The position numbers and the translations under genes are program-made. Under the pieces are notes generated by a model. It ran no database searches and had not been told where the DNA came from. It saw only the letters and a list, made by a program, of their open reading frames with translations. DNA of 63,713 bases, filler included, from Phoronis australis (Eukaryota > Animalia > Phoronida): the NCBI GenBank assembly GCA_002633005.1. It is 4 parts of 4 records of this genome, joined end to end, with 100 filler letters (N's around TTAATTAATTAA, not from the genome) between each part and the next. Parts side by side here need not be neighbours in the genome. Positions count along the whole stretch, not along the records: positions 57,472 to 63,713 come from NMRA01000629.1; 3 more parts are not named here. The stretch is one strand, 5' to 3'. Positions 61,930 to 63,713 of this stretch are shown here, in pieces. Every line of letters starts with the position of its first letter. Position 1 is the first letter of the stretch.

Positions 61930-63713
61930 CTGACGTTTGCTGTGGACAAAGCGGAACCTAAATTCGCGGCCCCTGCGAGTAAGTAGATTTGCAGTTTCGT
62001 CGCTAATTCACCAACATATAAATAATCACGTGCACATTACTTTGACTCACTAATACAGTATTTTTCCTGACTAGAAGTTTAGTTTCCAACTTTGGCTGGT
62101 TTATGTTCATGATGTCTGATCAGTTTCCGAGCCACTGGTCGGGATAACGACTCAATCCGGCCGGCCACGACGGACCTGACCGGGCTCCGAGCCACTGGCT
62201 AGGATAACGAGCGTTTTGCGTGTTTAGAACTCAAAAAATCACAATTCTAAACAACAGAGACTAGGTTCTCCTGTCTGTATCTCACGGAAAAATACTTCGA
62301 TCTTATCTCCGAAAAGACCCCAAACTCCTGCTACGGACCTTATTGGAATGCCGAGCCGTTGTAGGCTACGGCCGTGTCCAAATACCAATAAATACGTAAC
62401 AGCAAAATAAAACAACACGTTTTTATAAGAACCCGGTGTGTTTTTAAGAGTTTTACATCGAAGTTTGATGATTGATTGGTGTAAAACGATGAATTCAAGC
62501 GATAAGCCGACACCAGTAACCCGTGTTGTGAACTGCCGAACAGACTGCGTGTGAAACCAATTATGTTATTGTATAACCGCGCGTGCCGTTATGGAGTAGA
62601 ACTACTCGACATAAATTGATACAAATTAGGTTGTTTTTGGGTGGCATGCTCCTTTAATACGCTCCGCAAAATTTTTGCTGTACAAATTTTCTCGAATTTT
62701 TGAAATACATATATGAATGGTTAAGTGCACATTTTTAAGAGCGCTTAGACGACCTATGCTGCAAAAACGGAGACCCTAACAACAATTGTTCTGGTCAGGG
62801 CCTTCAAATGGTAAACCATACACTGGTACCGAGTTTTCAAAGTTCTCTTGAGTTTTCTCTCTGATCAGTATTCGAAGTCTTTCTTTTTTGTCTTTCCACA
62901 TTACCACACCTTTGTCGGTTGCCATGGTTTAACCCTGAGGCATGCAATTTTTTTGGGGTGGCACTCGCCCTCTCCCCGCTTACTAATGTCCTGATGCAAG
63001 GTGTCCATCGTTGGTCCAAGGTCAATGATGTGTTTCAACACGCACTCGTTGTATAGCTTGAGCATTAAATTAAAAGTTTAAGAAATACAGGAGCAGTTTT
63101 GCGCATTTAATTGTGCGTGTAAAAGGGTTGATGGATTCGTACTGAATTTGTTGCTGCAACTTGTCTCATGGGCCTGTACCCGGCGCGTGACCACAAATGT
63201 GGACATGGGCTGTTGCGCAAGTCGACTGTAGCAAGGTGGCCAGTGAAAATATAAGGCAGCAGGCCAGTGGGCGTGTGTGCTTTCTAGTCTCTTATTATGA
63301 AAACCATTGAAGGCAATTATCAGCACCTGCAAACAAGAATTTTGAAGTATGGAGAACTTCAACAGGAGTTTGCTGTAGACTTAGTCGCGAAGATGCAACA
63401 TTCCAGCCACGGTTACTGCCGGTCCTTCGAAGCAATTATAGCACATATATACGATTTTTTAAGAATGGCAAGGGTGCGTTTTGTGTTGACGGAAATGTCC
63501 ATGGCGTCGAGGAATCTGAGGCATTTAATGATGAACAACTGTTGTGGCTTAATTTGGAAAAACACCTAGCAAAACTAAATTCCAAGTAGGCATACTGTGG
63601 CGGAATTAAGAAATACGATTGTGGCAGTGCTTATTGAAGCAGAGCCACAAAGTGTGCTAAAATGTTAGGAAATTAGGCATAACATTTCTGTAGCAGATAA
63701 AAGGTTGATTTGC

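Larger units (their letters stand above)
60750..62653. mobile_element. Kolobok-type non-autonomous DNA transposon
   Basis: 15-bp TIRs AGGAGAATGCCACCC / GGGTGGCATGCTCCT; flanks taaa and ttaa (TTAA target with one mismatch); THAP remnant near the left end. Confidence 0.72.

Noticed and set aside
62700-63713. Possible coding remnant including the 90-aa ORF at 63297-63569
   Set aside because: No recognisable motif and many flanking stops

Overview
This is repeat-dominated, AT-rich eukaryotic DNA; its transposon repertoire (Academ, Kolobok, hAT with 5-bp TSDs, Ngaro, Helentron-like) is typical of marine invertebrates. It is not one locus. Three identical 100-bp artificial linkers (N44-TTAATTAATTAA-N44) join four unrelated scaffolds (1-11248, 11349-36117, 36218-57371, 57472-63713), and single-n or N-gap joins produce false tandem duplications. 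Host genes are limited to the last two coding exons of an SLC22-type transporter (minus strand) and a two-exon acidic, Ser-rich protein with a nuclear localisation signal (plus strand). Mobile DNA dominates: two internally deleted Academ transposons with TIRs and 3-bp TSDs; one hAT element and four MITEs, all with 5-bp TSDs; a young Ngaro-type tyrosine-recombinase retrotransposon; a Kolobok derivative with convergent THAP and KolX-like ORF stubs; and Gypsy, LINE, Helentron-like and palindromic fragments. I found no convincing novel multi-gene system. The best leads are a 65-bp tandem array built from interlocking palindromes upstream of the acidic gene, the recurring 5-bp-TSD hAT network, and local enrichment of TACATGTA. 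All calls were made by eye, without database searches.
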